Shown in pieces: positions 24,001 through 36,881 of a DNA stretch of 44,073 nt. Position numbers and translations under genes: made by a program. A model generated the notes under the pieces. That model saw only the letters and a program-made list of their open reading frames with translations, was not told the origin of the DNA and made no database searches. The DNA is taken from assembly GCF_001194135.2 (NCBI RefSeq), contig NC_068982.1, positions 84,384,827-84,428,899 of the forward strand, in the 5' to 3' direction. Position 1 is the stretch's first letter. Every line of letters begins with the position of its first letter. This stretch comes from Octopus bimaculoides. Its lineage: Eukaryota.

Positions 24001-24210
24001 ATAATAAACTTTTCTACTATAGGTACAAAGCCTGAAACTTTGGGGGAGGGGGTTAGTCAATTTCATCGACCCCAGTGCACAATTGGTACTTAATTTATTG
24101 ACCTTGAAAAGATGAAAAGCAAAGTTGATCTCGGTGGCATTTGAACTCAGAGAATAAAGACTGACGAAATGCTGCTAAGCATTTTGTCTAGTGCCAGCTT
24201 GCTGCCTTAA
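24001..24210 (-). mobile_element. Second-family SINE (GGCGGCGAGCTGGC head)
   Basis: Reverse complement homologous to 32484-32697. Confidence 0.8.
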
Positions 24211-24445
24211 TAATAATTGATAATAATGGTCATTTCAAATTTTGGTACAAGGTCAGCAATTTCGAGGAGTGGGTAAGTCAATTACATCAACTCCAGTGAT
24301 CAACTGGTATACATTTTATCAACCCTTAAAGGATGAAAGATAAAGTTGACCTTGGTGGCATTTGAACTCAGAATGTAAAGATGGATGAAATGCCACTAAG
24401 CATTTTACCCAGTGCATTAACAATTCTGCCAGCTCACTGCCTTAA
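24211..24445 (-). mobile_element. Second-family SINE, head-to-tail with the previous copy
   Basis: Same family, diverged. Confidence 0.8.
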
Positions 24446-24509
24446 TAATAATACACACATAGAATATATACATAACGTATGTTTACAACATGGCCACAAC
24501 CTCGGGCTG

Positions 24510-25700
24510 AAACCAGTGGAGTATCGTGTGTATATACGATACACATAGTTAGATAACATTATATGTAATGAAACCAATGGTACCTGCCCTAGATATAGAA
24601 GCAGAGACTGGAACAGGATACAAAGAGGTTGTGACAATGCAAACAGTGTGAACACGTAGTATAAAACCCACAAATATCATAGCCCATGATATCACCAACA
24701 ATGCAAATAACATGAAATACCTCACCGGTAAAATTTCCACTCATTTACTTATTTATTTTACTAAAATTTTTGTTGTCTTGCAACCTTTTCAAAAGTTAAC
24801 TCTGTCCATAACTCAAGCCGCGTTCTTTTTGTTTGTTTGTGTGCATATATGTGCGTCAGTGTGTGTACACATACACATGTATGTATGGATGTGTATTTCC
24901 ATGTGTGGACGTGTGTCTCCATATGTGTCTTTGTGTGTGTGTATATGGTCATGTGTTTCAGTCTTCATTTTCATGTGTGTGTGCGCTTGTCCATATTATC
25001 TATGTACCTATCCGTCAATATGTCTATCTGTTTACTTTCATATTCATTTGCCTACATACATGTGCATATATACACACACACATACATATATCTACATAAC
25101 AGCCCAACTAACTATTCTACCAGTATATAAATATAAACTGTAGGTATGGAGGTATGATTATCTACTACATATATTTCCTATTTAGATGTTTCATTTATGA
25201 GGACGTACTCCTGTATTTGTCTGAATGTTGGGTTCTTTGGGTGCTTGGATAAAATGCAGATGTCAAGTTGACCCAGGCTGCCTCCATGTTGGTCCTTGGC
25301 ATGTTGGTAGAGTATAGAGGTATAGAGAACTAGCCCGTAGATTTAGGAAAGCTCTGAAGGAGACCAAACTCAACATTAACATTGTTGAAAAGCCAGGCAA
25401 CTCCATCAGATCTACATCTATGTAGGGCTTTGAGAATACCATATGCACCAATGATAACTACACGGTATGTAGGATTAGCCCTGACATTAACTGTAGAACT
25501 AGAAATGTAGTCTACAGCATAAGATGCATAGAAGGTGCTTGTAAAGACATGACAATGACATACATAGGGGAGACATCTAGGAGCATTACGGAAAGACTAA
25601 ATGAACATTTGAGACAATATGATGACGAAAAACAGTCCTCTATACTCTACCAACATGCCAAGGACCAACATGGAGGCAGCCTGGGTCAACTTGACATCTA
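24510..25700 (+). mobile_element. Rearranged PLE: plus fragment, inverted tail (about 24728-25320), plus GIY-YIG segment
   Basis: Homologous to 3440-5330; TYIGETSRSITERLNEHLR; 63-bp perfect inverted repeat. Confidence 0.8.
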
Positions 25701-25904
25701 CACTAGTGTAGCAATAATTGGGTACCCTCCCAGCAGTATATTGGATAGATACTATCCCTTAGTAGGTTGAACCCTCAACCCCTAACTCTCTCGCATTATA
25801 TATATATATATATATATATATAGCACACAAGATATATTTGCTGCTTGTTTGTTTAACATTTTTTCCAATGTAGCACGAGTTCAACCATGATAAATATACA
25901 TATA

Positions 25905-26560
25905 TATCACCATCATCATTTAACGCTCACTTTTCCATGCTTGCATGATTCAGACAAAATTTGTTAAGACAGATTTTCAATAGCTGGATACACTTCCTGT
26001 TGCCAACCCTCACATGTTTCCATGCAAGGTAATATTTTTTCATACCTAGATGTTTTATCACCATGAAGATTGGAAATGAACAACATTGCTTATATAATGA
26101 TGATTCTCATTTACAAGCATCATATAATGTCTAGAGAAGGGTACATACAAACATACATGAGAGAAGTACAGAAACAGGTGTGTTGCTGTAAAGGAAATAT
26201 ATGGTTACTCTAGTTGGAGAGAGAGAGAGAGAGAGATGGTGACAATGTGCCATGGTGTACCTTCAAGTTGCAAAGAGGTGAATGTAAACAGAGTGGTACA
26301 GAGGACTGAGCAGGGTGAATGAGCAGGAAGTTCACAAGAGTGCAAAGAAGGTGAAGGTAGTGAATGGTGACATGGGTATATAGGGGAGTGACTGGATAGC
26401 AATGATACAGTTGACAGGAGGAGGATAAGAGAGTGAGATAACAAAGTAGCAGAAACAGTGGTGGTGGTGGATGGGGTGGGGGAAGAGACAAGAATAGTGT
26501 ATGAAGAGATGTAGTTTGGATGGAAATACAGCACCTCCAGAACTCAATTTTGCAGAGGTG
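25905..26560 (-). mobile_element. Retroposon with RTE-type (GAT)n tail
   Basis: Tail resembles the RTE ends; body shares CAGCAA.ACACCTGTTTCTGT with 42880-42920. Confidence 0.55.
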
Positions 26561-26612
26561 AGTGGGTCTTCTCAAGAACTTTGCAAACTCATTTTATATT
26601 CTCCTTCGTGTG

Positions 26613-26770
26613 AAAATCCCAAAGAATATTCTCCCTCATGTCGTATTTATTGCCTGTCCACCTAACTCGGACCCCTCTCTCTCTCTCCCTTACCCAAAAT
26701 CCCAAAGAATATTCTCCCTCGTGTTGTATTTATTGCCTGTCCACCTAACTCGGACCCCTCTCTCTCTGCC
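26613..26770 (+). repeat. 83-bp-period tandem duplication (2 copies)
   Basis: AAAATCCCAAAGAATATTCTCCCTC...CGGACCCCTCTCTCTCT starts at 26613 and 26696. Confidence 0.9.
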
Positions 26771-27069
26771 TCACTGTCTCTCTCTTTTCGATTTTACCAC
26801 CCCGTTCACCAACACTTCCCCACCTAACCAGAACTCTATATAAACCAGTGCAATGCTCTGTTTCTCCTACTCGATTTTCAATTCCTCTGCTGATAGAATA
26901 CGAATTTCAGAAGATGATGAGATAAGAAATTTTATCCTTTCAAACTCGTTCATGTACTCCTATTTATGCATAGATCATAACCCAATCTACCCCCCATTCG
27001 TTCTTTATTATTTATCTATTTCTTTACCATGTAAACATAGTCCAATAGATTCGTCTTCCTTGTTTGTCT

Positions 27070-27368
27070 TTAACCCATTACCTCCCATAATTCTATTAAC
27101 TGGAATTTTTTTTTTATGAAACTTTGATTTCTAGCATAAAACAGCCTTAGAAACACGCTGGAATGATCAAAACAACATTTCAAAATAACATTTTAAATAG
27201 AAATAAGCAAGATATTGGGTGAAAAATTAGCAAACCTCATTTGAATATCAGAGAAATATACCTAGTAGATATAGCAAAAAGGTTAGGTATGTGTAAATAT
27301 TGACTGATAATTATGAAATTTATAATTTTTAAGTGATCTCATGAGATCACTGGAAGGTAATGGGTTAA
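27070..27368. mobile_element. piggyBac-like MITE with TTAA TSD and 13-bp TIR
   Basis: TTAA-CCCATTACCTCCC ... GGAAGGTAATGGG-TTAA; TIR matches 12/13. Confidence 0.85.
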
Positions 27369-27479
27369 GTTCATGCATATCCATTAATTGTCACATTTTA
27401 TTTTATTTATTCAAGTTTATCATTTCATTAATTCATTCTCTCTAAATATTACCATAGTATACAAGTGCAGAAGATGCTC

Positions 27480-30400
27480 TCATCTAAACTTGCTGGCTTG
27501 TGGTATGCCCACCCTCTCCACCTTTACCGAAAGTTCTTATCCTCTGTCATGCTTGGCTGTCTCCCGCGAACACTTCTAAGGGCTTAATGCCATCCCCACC
27601 CTACCTAGGGTTCATCGATCATACAGCGCATCAAAATGGTGTAGTGTATGCAGGTTGTAGGATATTGTTTGTTTATGAATTCTGCCAAATGCAAGCTTTC
27701 TTTTCAGGTACATGACACTGTTGTCCCTCATCCCAGGGTTTCACAGGCCCACACTTCCCACACCCTCAGAGTTGGCACATTGAAAGGTAGGTCTGGTGAG
27801 ATTGTTGAGATGATTGAACTGAGATGTGTAGATTTGTGCTGCATCCAAGAAGTAAGGTGGAGAGGAGTTTCCGCTAGATTCTTCACAGGCAAAAGATTTT
27901 CTGAGCAGGGAACACTGATGGGGTCGGGGGGCGTGGGCATACTTCTTGTGGAGAAATGGGTTGATAAGGTAATCGAGGTAGTCAGAGTACTTAAGATTAG
28001 ATTAGTGCTTCACCTCAACCGGGGCTACCGGATGGGTAGAAAGACCAATTTTATGACACATTATTGCAGACTACCTCGTTGAAGAATCACAGGAACCTTC
28101 TCTTTGTGGCTGGTGATTTCAATGGACATGTTGGACAACATGCAGGGGGCTTCCATCCAGTACATGGAGGCTATGGCTTTGGTTCCCGCAATGAGGAAGG
28201 AACCAGACTGCTGGAGTTCTGTGATGCAAATGATCTTACAGTTTGCAATACCAACTTCAGGAAACCCGCCTATCACCTAGTGACCTACCGTTCTGGCAGA
28301 CACACTAGCCAAATTGACTACATCCTCGCCAGAAAAAGGGAAAGATGGCTGCTTATAAATGCCAAAACCTTCCCAGGCGAAGAATGTGCTCCTCAACATA
28401 GATTAGTAGTTAGCGACTTCGGGATCAGGGCTAAATGGATGCCCAGAAGTAGACCAGCTTGACGGAGGGTCTGGAATCTTAAAGATCCCGCAAATAGACA
28501 GAGATTTAGAGACATATTACTTGAAGCCTTCAATGAAATAGAAGGGGATATAGCATCACATAATGTGGAACAACTGGAAGTTTCTATGGGACAACCTGCT
28601 GAGAGTCACCGACCAGATCTGTGGATGGTGCAAAGTCCCCTCTCGACCCAAGGTAACGTGGTGGTGGAACAATGTGGTTGACAGTCCTACTAGACAAAAG
28701 AAACAGGCTTGGAAGGACTGGAAGAACTGGAAGAACGAAGGTTGCAGGGAATTGTATCAGACTGCAAGAAGGGAAGCTAGGAGACAGGTTTATTTAGCCA
28801 GAGGGGAAGCAGATGAGAAAAAATTTGCCAATGTTCTGCGCCGTGAGGACCAAAGACTTGAAGTATTTCGTGTTGCAAGACAGTGTGTGAGAGAGAATTA
28901 TGATGTCATAGGAGAGAAATGTGTCCACATGGATGATAATTCACTTGTGCTAAACGAGGCTGCAAAGAGAGGGGTTTGGAGACGCCACTATGAAAGGTTG
29001 CTCAATAAAGAGAATGAATGGGAGAAAGAGAGTCTGCCGAATGTCAACCCAACAGAGGGACCAGTTATCCTTATTGACAGTACCTTGGTAGATAAAGCAA
29101 TCAAGAGTATAAAGACAAGGAAAGCCTCCGGCCCATCAGGAATCACTGCAGAGATGCTCAAAATATCTGGCAGTGTCGGCTATAGCCTAGTCACCCGTAT
29201 AGTTAACCAGGTGATACACAAAGGAGTCATACCCAATGACTGGTGTAGCAGCACCATAGTCAACTGCTACAAAGGTAAAGGTGACGCTTTAGATACAAAC
29301 AATTACAGAGGTATTAAGTTGTTGGATCAGGTAATGAAGGTCATAGCCCAACTAATTAGGGAGGGAGTCAGCTTAGATGAGATGCAGTTTGGGTTCGTGC
29401 CAGGGAAAAGCACCACTGATGCTATATTTCTGGTAAGACAGCTACAGGAGAAATACCTAACCAAAGATAAACCTCTGTACCTAGCTTTCGTTGACATGGA
29501 GAAAGCCTTTGACAGAGTCCCCTGATCTCTTATCTGGTGGTCAATGAGGAAACTAGAGATAGATGAATGGTTAGTGAGAGCTGTGTGAACCATGTACACG
29601 GATGCTGTCAGCAAGGTGAGGGTTGGCAACGATTATAGTGAAGAATTCCGGGTAGAGGTAGGGGTCCTCCAAGGTTCTATCCTCAGCCCCCTCCTATTTA
29701 TGATAGTCCTCCAGGTATTAACACAGGAATTCAAGACAGGATGCCCCTGGGAGCTCCTCTATGCTGAATCACTATCAGAACTAGAGAAGTTTCAGGTGTG
29801 GAAGCAAGGATTAGAATCAAAGGGCCTTAGAGTCAACCTAGCTAAAACCAAAGTCCTAATAAGTAGGAAGGTAGACAAAACACAAACCCCTTCAGGTAGA
29901 TGACCCTGCTCGATCTGTAGAAAAGGGCGTAGGTAGAAACTCTATAAGATGTACCCAGTGTAAGCTATGGACATGTAAGAGGTGCAGCAATATCAAAGGA
30001 AGGCTAACTAAGAAGATAGTTTTTGTATGTGGCAGATGTTCAGGTGCAATAAACACTGAAGATGTGCAGAGAACAACTTCTACCACATTCTAGGGAGAAA
30101 AACTAGAATTAGTTGATAGTTTCCGTTACCTAGGTGACCAAGTCAGTAGCGGGGGAGAGTGCGCTGAAAGTGTAGCCGCTAGAATAAGAATTGCCTGGGC
30201 AATGTTCAGAGAGCTCTTACCTCTGCTGGTGACAAAGGGCCTCTCACTCAAATTAAAAAGCAGACTGTATGATGCATGTGTATGAACAGCCATGCTACAT
30301 GGCAGTAAAACATGGGCCATGACTGCTGAGGACATGCGTAAGCTCGCAAGGAATGAAGCCAGTATGCTCCGATGTATGTGTAATGTCAGTGTGCATACTC

Positions 30401-31351
30401 GACAGAGTGTAAGTACCTTGAGAGAAAAGTTGAACCTAAGAAGCATCAGTTGTGGTGTGCAAGAGAGACGATTACGCTGGTATGGTCATTTGGTGCCACA
30501 GCCTAGCGGTTGAGGGTACCTGAGAAAGAGATAGACCCAGGAAGACCTGGGATGAGGTGGTGAAGCATGACCTTGGAACATTAGGCCTCACAGAGGCAAT
30601 GACTAGTGACCGAGACCTTTGGAAATATGCTGTGCATGAGAAGACCTGACAAGACAAGTGGGACCATAACCCGTGGCCTTTACCAGGGGTGTAGCCAGTC
30701 CACTTATGTGCACCTTTCCTTCTTTGGACACAAAACACTGCTTGCGAAGACCTGTCGAGACAAGTGAAATCGAAATTGAACCAAATTCGATGACTGGCAC
30801 CCATGCCAACCTCTCCTTCATTGGACACTAAACTCTGCTTGCGAAGACCTGTTGGGGCAAGTGAAATCGAAACTGAACCAAATTCGATGATTGGCACCCG
30901 TGCCAGTGCAGCGCTGACAGCACCATCCGAGTGGGATCACTGCCAGAGCAGCGGTTTGGCTTCCGTGCTGGTGGCACACAAAAAGCACCATCTGAGCGTG
31001 ATCATTACCAGCGTCACCTTACTGGCACCTGTGCCGGTGGCATGTGAACAAAACATTTGAGCGAGGTCGTTGCCAGCAATGCTGGACTAACTCCTGTGCA
31101 GGTGGCATGTAAAAAACACCATTTGAGCGTGGCCATTGCCAGTACCGCCAGACTGGCCCTCGTGTCAGTGGCACGTAAAAGCACCCACTACATTCTCGGA
31201 GTGGTTGGCATTAGGAAGGGCATCCAGCTGTAGAAACTCTGCCAGATCAGATTGGAGCCTGGTGCAGCCATCTGGTTCACCAGTCCTCAGTCAAATCGTC
31301 CAACCCATGCTAGCATGGAAAGCAGACGTTAAACGATGATAATGATGATGA
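27480..31351 (+). mobile_element. Near full-length RTE LINE (best copy in window)
   Basis: Endonuclease (GDFNGHVG, IDYIL), RT (DMEKAFDRVP, LQGSILSPLLF), Cys-rich finger, long repeat-rich 3' UTR, (GAT)n tail. 5' boundary approximate. Confidence 0.95.
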
Positions 31352-32483
31352 TTTACATGTCCCACCTACAACAGATTCATTATATGTAAAGTCCTCCACA
31401 AAAACTCAGTAACCAATCAAGTTTTGGAGTGGGCAGTTATCAAAGTATCCACAAATGAAGATGTCTTCATATTCAATGCACAAACATAAGAAAACTAAGA
31501 AATATGTATATACAAGTATATATTTTCCCTCCATTCTCTTGATCATTACTCCTTTACCCTATGCATTTTCACAATTTTCCAGTGTCCTTTTCACTTATCT
31601 CCACACTGTGGCAATTGCTCACCCACTGACATCTGTTTCTCAATGTTAACTTCTCTTTTCCTTGCCTTATTCTTCACTAAAAAGTTTTTCTGGTGTTCAC
31701 CACTGCCAATCTACTTATTCAGTACAAGTGTAAACAATTCATCTCTTCCTGTTGAAGGGTTCTGGCTGTGATAGTAGACTTCTCTTCTTTAAAACAAAAT
31801 GATTTTTTCCATTATACAAGCATTTCGTGCTTACAATTTTCCTGGAATTCTAATGTTTCACTCTACATATGTTCATGACAAACCCCTCATTAATTCACAA
31901 GCTCATTTAATAGTTTATTGCTAAATAATACAATAGCATTCATGTCAGATTTATATACAAATACTTTGTGTTTAACAGGTGAGATATATAGATTAGTGCA
32001 TACCTTGCACTGAGTAATGTCTCCCATTTGTGAAACCCAGTTATTATAAAACTTATACAATAGATGTAAAAGAAAATATGGTATTGTATATAAATGGTGA
32101 ATTATATTAGTATGAACTAGGAAAATGTGCACCATTAATTGTTCTCATGGACCTTTGCTTGAAATCAAACACTCTGTGCGTGTGAGAAATAGAGATAGAA
32201 AAGCCAGAGAGGTAGGGAATGAGGAAGACAGGTGTAATTATAATGAGTGCATTATATGTAAAGTCCTCCACATATATAAAGTTAACACAGCAGGTGAGAG
32301 AGAGAGGAAGAATAACAAGTGTAATGCTAATGGCCCTAGCTATCTTTTCATACAAAAGAAGACTATACAAGTCCATATTTGTGATGGCACCATTTTAGTC
32401 ACATTTAAAAATATATGTGATAACACATAATTTGTAGCTTTACTTGATATCTTTTTAGTAGACTCTCAATTCAATATTTCTTT

Positions 32484-32697
32484 AAGGCGGCGAGCTGGTA
32501 GAAACGTTTGCACACCGGGCGAAATGCTTAGTGGTATTTTGTCTGTCTTCATGTTTTGAGTTCAAATTCCACTGAGGTCGACTTTGCCTTTTATCCGTTA
32601 GGGATTGATAAATTAAGTACCAGTTGCGTACTGAGGTTGATCTAATTGACTGGCCCCTTCCCCAAAAATTTCGGGCCTTGTGCCTAGAGTAGAAAAG
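32484..32697 (+). mobile_element. Second-family SINE with 11-bp TSD
   Basis: AATATTTCTTT at 32473-32483 and 32698-32708; B-box-like GAGTTCAAATTCC. Confidence 0.9.
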
Positions 32698-33290
32698 AAT
32701 ATTTCTTTATTTCTCTTAAATATATTCACTATACTATATTGATTTCTTTGGTCTATGCAAGGCCAATGTCTATATGGAAGGAGTATAGTCAGCTAAAATG
32801 ATATCAAAATATATTATTAGTATGAATGTATTGTGATGGATGAAAGGCAACCTTGATCTTGGCAGGATTTGAACTCTGAACTGAAGCAAATGAAATTAAA
32901 TGCTACAATCCATTTAGCATGGATTATGGTATTTAATTTCATTTGTTTAATTTTTGCTACATTTATAACCATTTTAATAGTATCAGAATTCGGAACAGCA
33001 AGAATAGCAAAAATGTCATTTAAGAAATAGTGAATTGACTGCAGTTCCTTGTAACTGTCAAAGACAACAGTATATTCCAATCCTAAAATGATAATAAAAG
33101 GAAAAAACCCTAAAAATGAAGTATGAATAAAGAATGTGTCATTTGGATACTTGTTCCTTTTTTGTTACTTTTTAAAGCATATCTTTTAATGAAAATGAGC
33201 AAATATCCCAAAAGGTCTGGGAAACTGTAAAAACTGTGCTTTTCACTGTCTATGAATTAAGTAGAAAATAACTGAAACAGTTATTCACAG

Positions 33291-33355
33291 TTAATATCCT
33301 TGTAGACCATTATAAACATACTGTTTTGAACTCTGTTCCAAAATTTGTTGTATAT
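33291..33355 (-). CDS. DNAJB11: DnaJ homolog subfamily B member 11 (ERdj3), terminal coding exon
   Basis: TGCAG acceptor; phase 1 continues the previous exon as (N)IQQILEQSSKQYVYNGLQGY*. The C-terminus matches vertebrate VYNGLQGY. Too short for the ORF track. Confidence 0.93.
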
Positions 33356-33427
33356 CTGCAAAGAAAAGAATAGGAAAGTAACAGTAATGCAATTTGATAG
33401 ATAAAATTTCATTGAAACTGACATAGC

Positions 33428-36350
33428 ATTACAACACATGGACAATTAGGGAGTGGCACTTCCTCACACAGCTGTATTCATTCATACATAACACATGGCC
33501 ACACCAGCTCAGTTGCCTCTCTTGCACACCATATTTGATGCTTCTTATGCCCAACTTTTCTCTCAGTGTGCTTACACTGTGTCGTGCATGCACACTGACA
33601 TTACACATCCAGCAGATCATATTGGCTTCATTTCTTTCAAGCCTACGCATGTCCTCAGTATTCATGGCCAATGTTTCACTGCCATGTAGCATGGCAGTTC
33701 GCACACATGCATCATACAGTCTACCTTTCACCCTGAGCAAGAGGCCTTTAATTGCCAACAGAGGTAGGAGCTCTCTTAACTTTGCCCAGGTTATTCTTAC
33801 TCTAGTCGCTACACTCTCAGAGCAACCATCCCACTACTGACTTGGTCGCCAAGGTAGCAGAAACTATTAACTACTTGTAGTTTCTTCCCCTGGCATGTGA
33901 TGAAATTTGTTTTCTGTACATCTTGAGTGTATATTGCCCCAGTGCATATGCCACACACAAAAACTATTTTCCTGGTTAACCTTCCTTTGATATTGCCGCA
34001 CTTTTTCTATGTCCATAGCTTAAACCAGGTACATCATATGGAGTTTCTACCCATGCCTTTTCTACAGATTGAGAAGGGCCATCTACCAGAAAGAAGTTGT
34101 GATTTGACAGCCTTCCTACTTACTTAGACTTTGGTTTTGGTTAGGTTAACCCTAAGGCCCTTTGATTCTAGACCTTGCGTCCACACCCTAAAATTTGTCT
34201 CTAGTTCTGGCAGTGACTCAGCTATTAGAGCAAGGTCATCAGCATAGAAGAGCTCCCAAGGGCAGCCTGTCTTGAATTCTTCTGTTATTGCCTAGAGGAC
34301 TACAATGAATAAGAGGGGGCTGAGGGATGGTCCTTGGTAAACCCCTACTTCTACTCAGAATTCTTCACTATATTCGTTGCCAACCCTCACCTTACTGACA
34401 GCATCCCTGTACAGAGCTTGTACAGCTCTTATCAGCCACTCATCTATTCCCAGTTTCCGCATTGACCACCAGATAAGGGATCAGGGGACCCTGTCAAAGG
34501 CTTTCTCCAAGTCAACAAAAACCAAGTACAAAGGTTTATCTTTGGCTAGGTATTTCTCCTGCAGCTGCCTTACCAGAAATATAGCATCAGTGGTGTTTCT
34601 GCCTGGCACAAAACTGAACTGCATCTCATCGAGGTTAACTCTCTCCCTAATTAGTTGGGCTATGACTCTCTCTGTAACTTTCATCATGTGATCCAATAAT
34701 TTGATACTCCTGTAGTTATTTCTATCTAAAGCATCACCTTTTCCCTTGTAGCAGTTGACTATGGTGCTGGTACACAAGTCATTGGGTATGACTCCTTCAT
34801 GAACTACCTGATGTATGATGTGAGTGACAAGACCATGACCCACACAGTCCAATATTTTAAGCATCCCAGCAGTGATTCCTGATAGGCTAGTAACTTTCCC
34901 TGTCTTCATATCCTTAATTGCTTTATCTACCTGGGTACTGTCGATTCGGAGAGCTGGTCCTTCAATTGGGACAAACCTTCGGCAGACTCTCCTCCTCCTG
35001 TTCATTCTCCACATTCAGCAGTCTTTCATAATGGCTTCTCCAAGCCTCTTTCTTTGTAGAATCATTAAATGCAAGGGCACCATCATCCATGTGGACACAT
35101 TTCTCTCCTATGACATCGCGGTTTTCTCTCACACACTGTCTTGCAATCTGAAATACTTCAGTTCTCCGGTCCTCACATCACTGAACCATGGCAAACTTAT
35201 TCTTTTCTGCTTCTCCCTTGGCTATGTATACCCGTCTCTTAGCTTCACTTTTGGCTATCTGATACATTCTCCTGCTATCCTCACTCTTCCATCCCTTCTA
35301 AACCCGTTTCTTTGCTCTAATAGCCCTGTCTACAGTATTGTTCCACCACCATGTTACCCTTCCAGATGTTACCATTTGGAAGGGACTTTACACTAGCCAC
35401 AGATTTGGTCTGTGGCACTCAGTAAGCTGTCTCACAGGAATTCCCGGCTGCCTTCTATGTCACATGACTGTAGCTCCTCCTCCCTATCATCAAATTTCTC
35501 GGTAAGGATATTCTTAAATCTCTGACCATGTGAAGGGTTCCTAAGCTTCTAAGTCCTTCTTTTCTAGATTGGTCTGGTTTTTGGCAGCCTTCTGGCCTCA
35601 AGTCTAAAGTCACTAATAACTAGTCTATGTTGTGGTGTACATTCTTCACCAGGGAGAGTTTTTGTATTTAAGAGCAACCATGCATCCTGCTGTCTGGTGA
35701 GAATGAAATCAATCTGGCTAGCGGAGTCACCTGATTGATAGGTTATCAGGTGGCTAGCTGGCTTCCTGAGGTTGGTGTTGCAGATCAATAGGTTATTTGC
35801 ATCACAGAACTCCAGGAGCCTAGTCACCTCTTCATTACTGGTACCAACTCCATGGCCCCCATGTACACCATGGAAGATACCAGATTGCTGTCCAACATAT
35901 CCATTAAAATCTCCAGCCACAAAGATGAGATCATTATCACTCATCTTTGAGGTAGCCTGCAGAAGAATATCATAAAAGTGAGCCTTTTGTTCATTTGGTA
36001 GTCCCACTTGTGGGGTGTGGGCAGAGATAATTGTAGCTATACCATTCTGCAAAACTAGCCTGAGTTTAAGTACTCTATCACACACCCTCACTACCTCTAC
36101 GACCTTATCCACCCATTTCTCTGTAAGAAGTATGCCCACACCCCCTATTCCATCACTATTACCTTCTCAGAAGAGTTTATACCTATGTACTTTGCCTGTG
36201 AGGACTCTGGCTGAAGCTCCTCTCCATCTTACCTCTTGTACACAACATACATCAACACATCTCTGTTCAAGCATCTCTACAATCTTGCTAGACCTACCTT
36301 TCAATGTGCCTACATTTAGAGTGCCAACTCTGAAAACTGGGAAAGAGGGC
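33428..36350 (-). mobile_element. RTE LINE, decayed and 3'-truncated, in the last DNAJB11 intron
   Basis: Endonuclease VGTLNVGTLKGRSS..., GDFNGYVG; RT DLEKAFDRVP; same strand as the gene. Confidence 0.92.
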
Positions 36351-36721
36351 TAATATCTTTTATCATTATCTCATATTCAATTCTTGTAAGCTTTTTAATG
36401 TATTCTGCATTAAACATATAAGCACATGCTATATAAGAATAAGTTAAAACTTATATAATGTTTGGATCTTTTCTACTGCAAACAGTAATCAGTTAGTTGG
36501 TTGACAACAATCTTTTTACAATAATCAGTATAAGAAAGTAAGAATATCCAACAAGATAGACAACTTGTTCTCACATAAAGTTGTTTGTAACCACTATGGA
36601 GTTAGCTGATATAGAGATTGTTGAAACTAGAGTAGACTTGATATGGTAACACACATATCAAGTCATATCAAGAAAATTTTCTTTGTACTAAAATCAATAA
36701 AAACAAACTATAGTGACTTAC

Positions 36722-36881
36722 TTGTCTTTTCTTCTTCTGACAATGTCTTCTTAGGGAAATCGATATCAAATGTAATATAGAGAGCACCAAATATATTATT
36801 ATTTTCATAACTGGGCATTCCTTCATTATTTTTCCTCATCCTTGCACCGGGTCGAGTTATTTTATCTCTTTTGATGTGAAC
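36722..36881 (-). CDS. DNAJB11: DNAJB11 penultimate exon (160 bp)
   Basis: AG|[53 protein letters not shown]+A|GTAAGT; DnaJ C-terminal domain II. Confidence 0.95.

Noticed and set aside
26885-26915. CTGCTGATAGAATACGAATTTCAGAAG resembling a hammerhead core
   Set aside because: No GAAA, no helix III and weak stems.
32125-32430. 101-aa ORF with scattered Cys
   Set aside because: No recognisable domain or splice support; probably a chance ORF.
32700-33290. Candidate DNAJB11 polyadenylation signals
   Set aside because: Several ATTAAA/AATAAA hexamers in AT-rich DNA; none can be chosen without transcript data.
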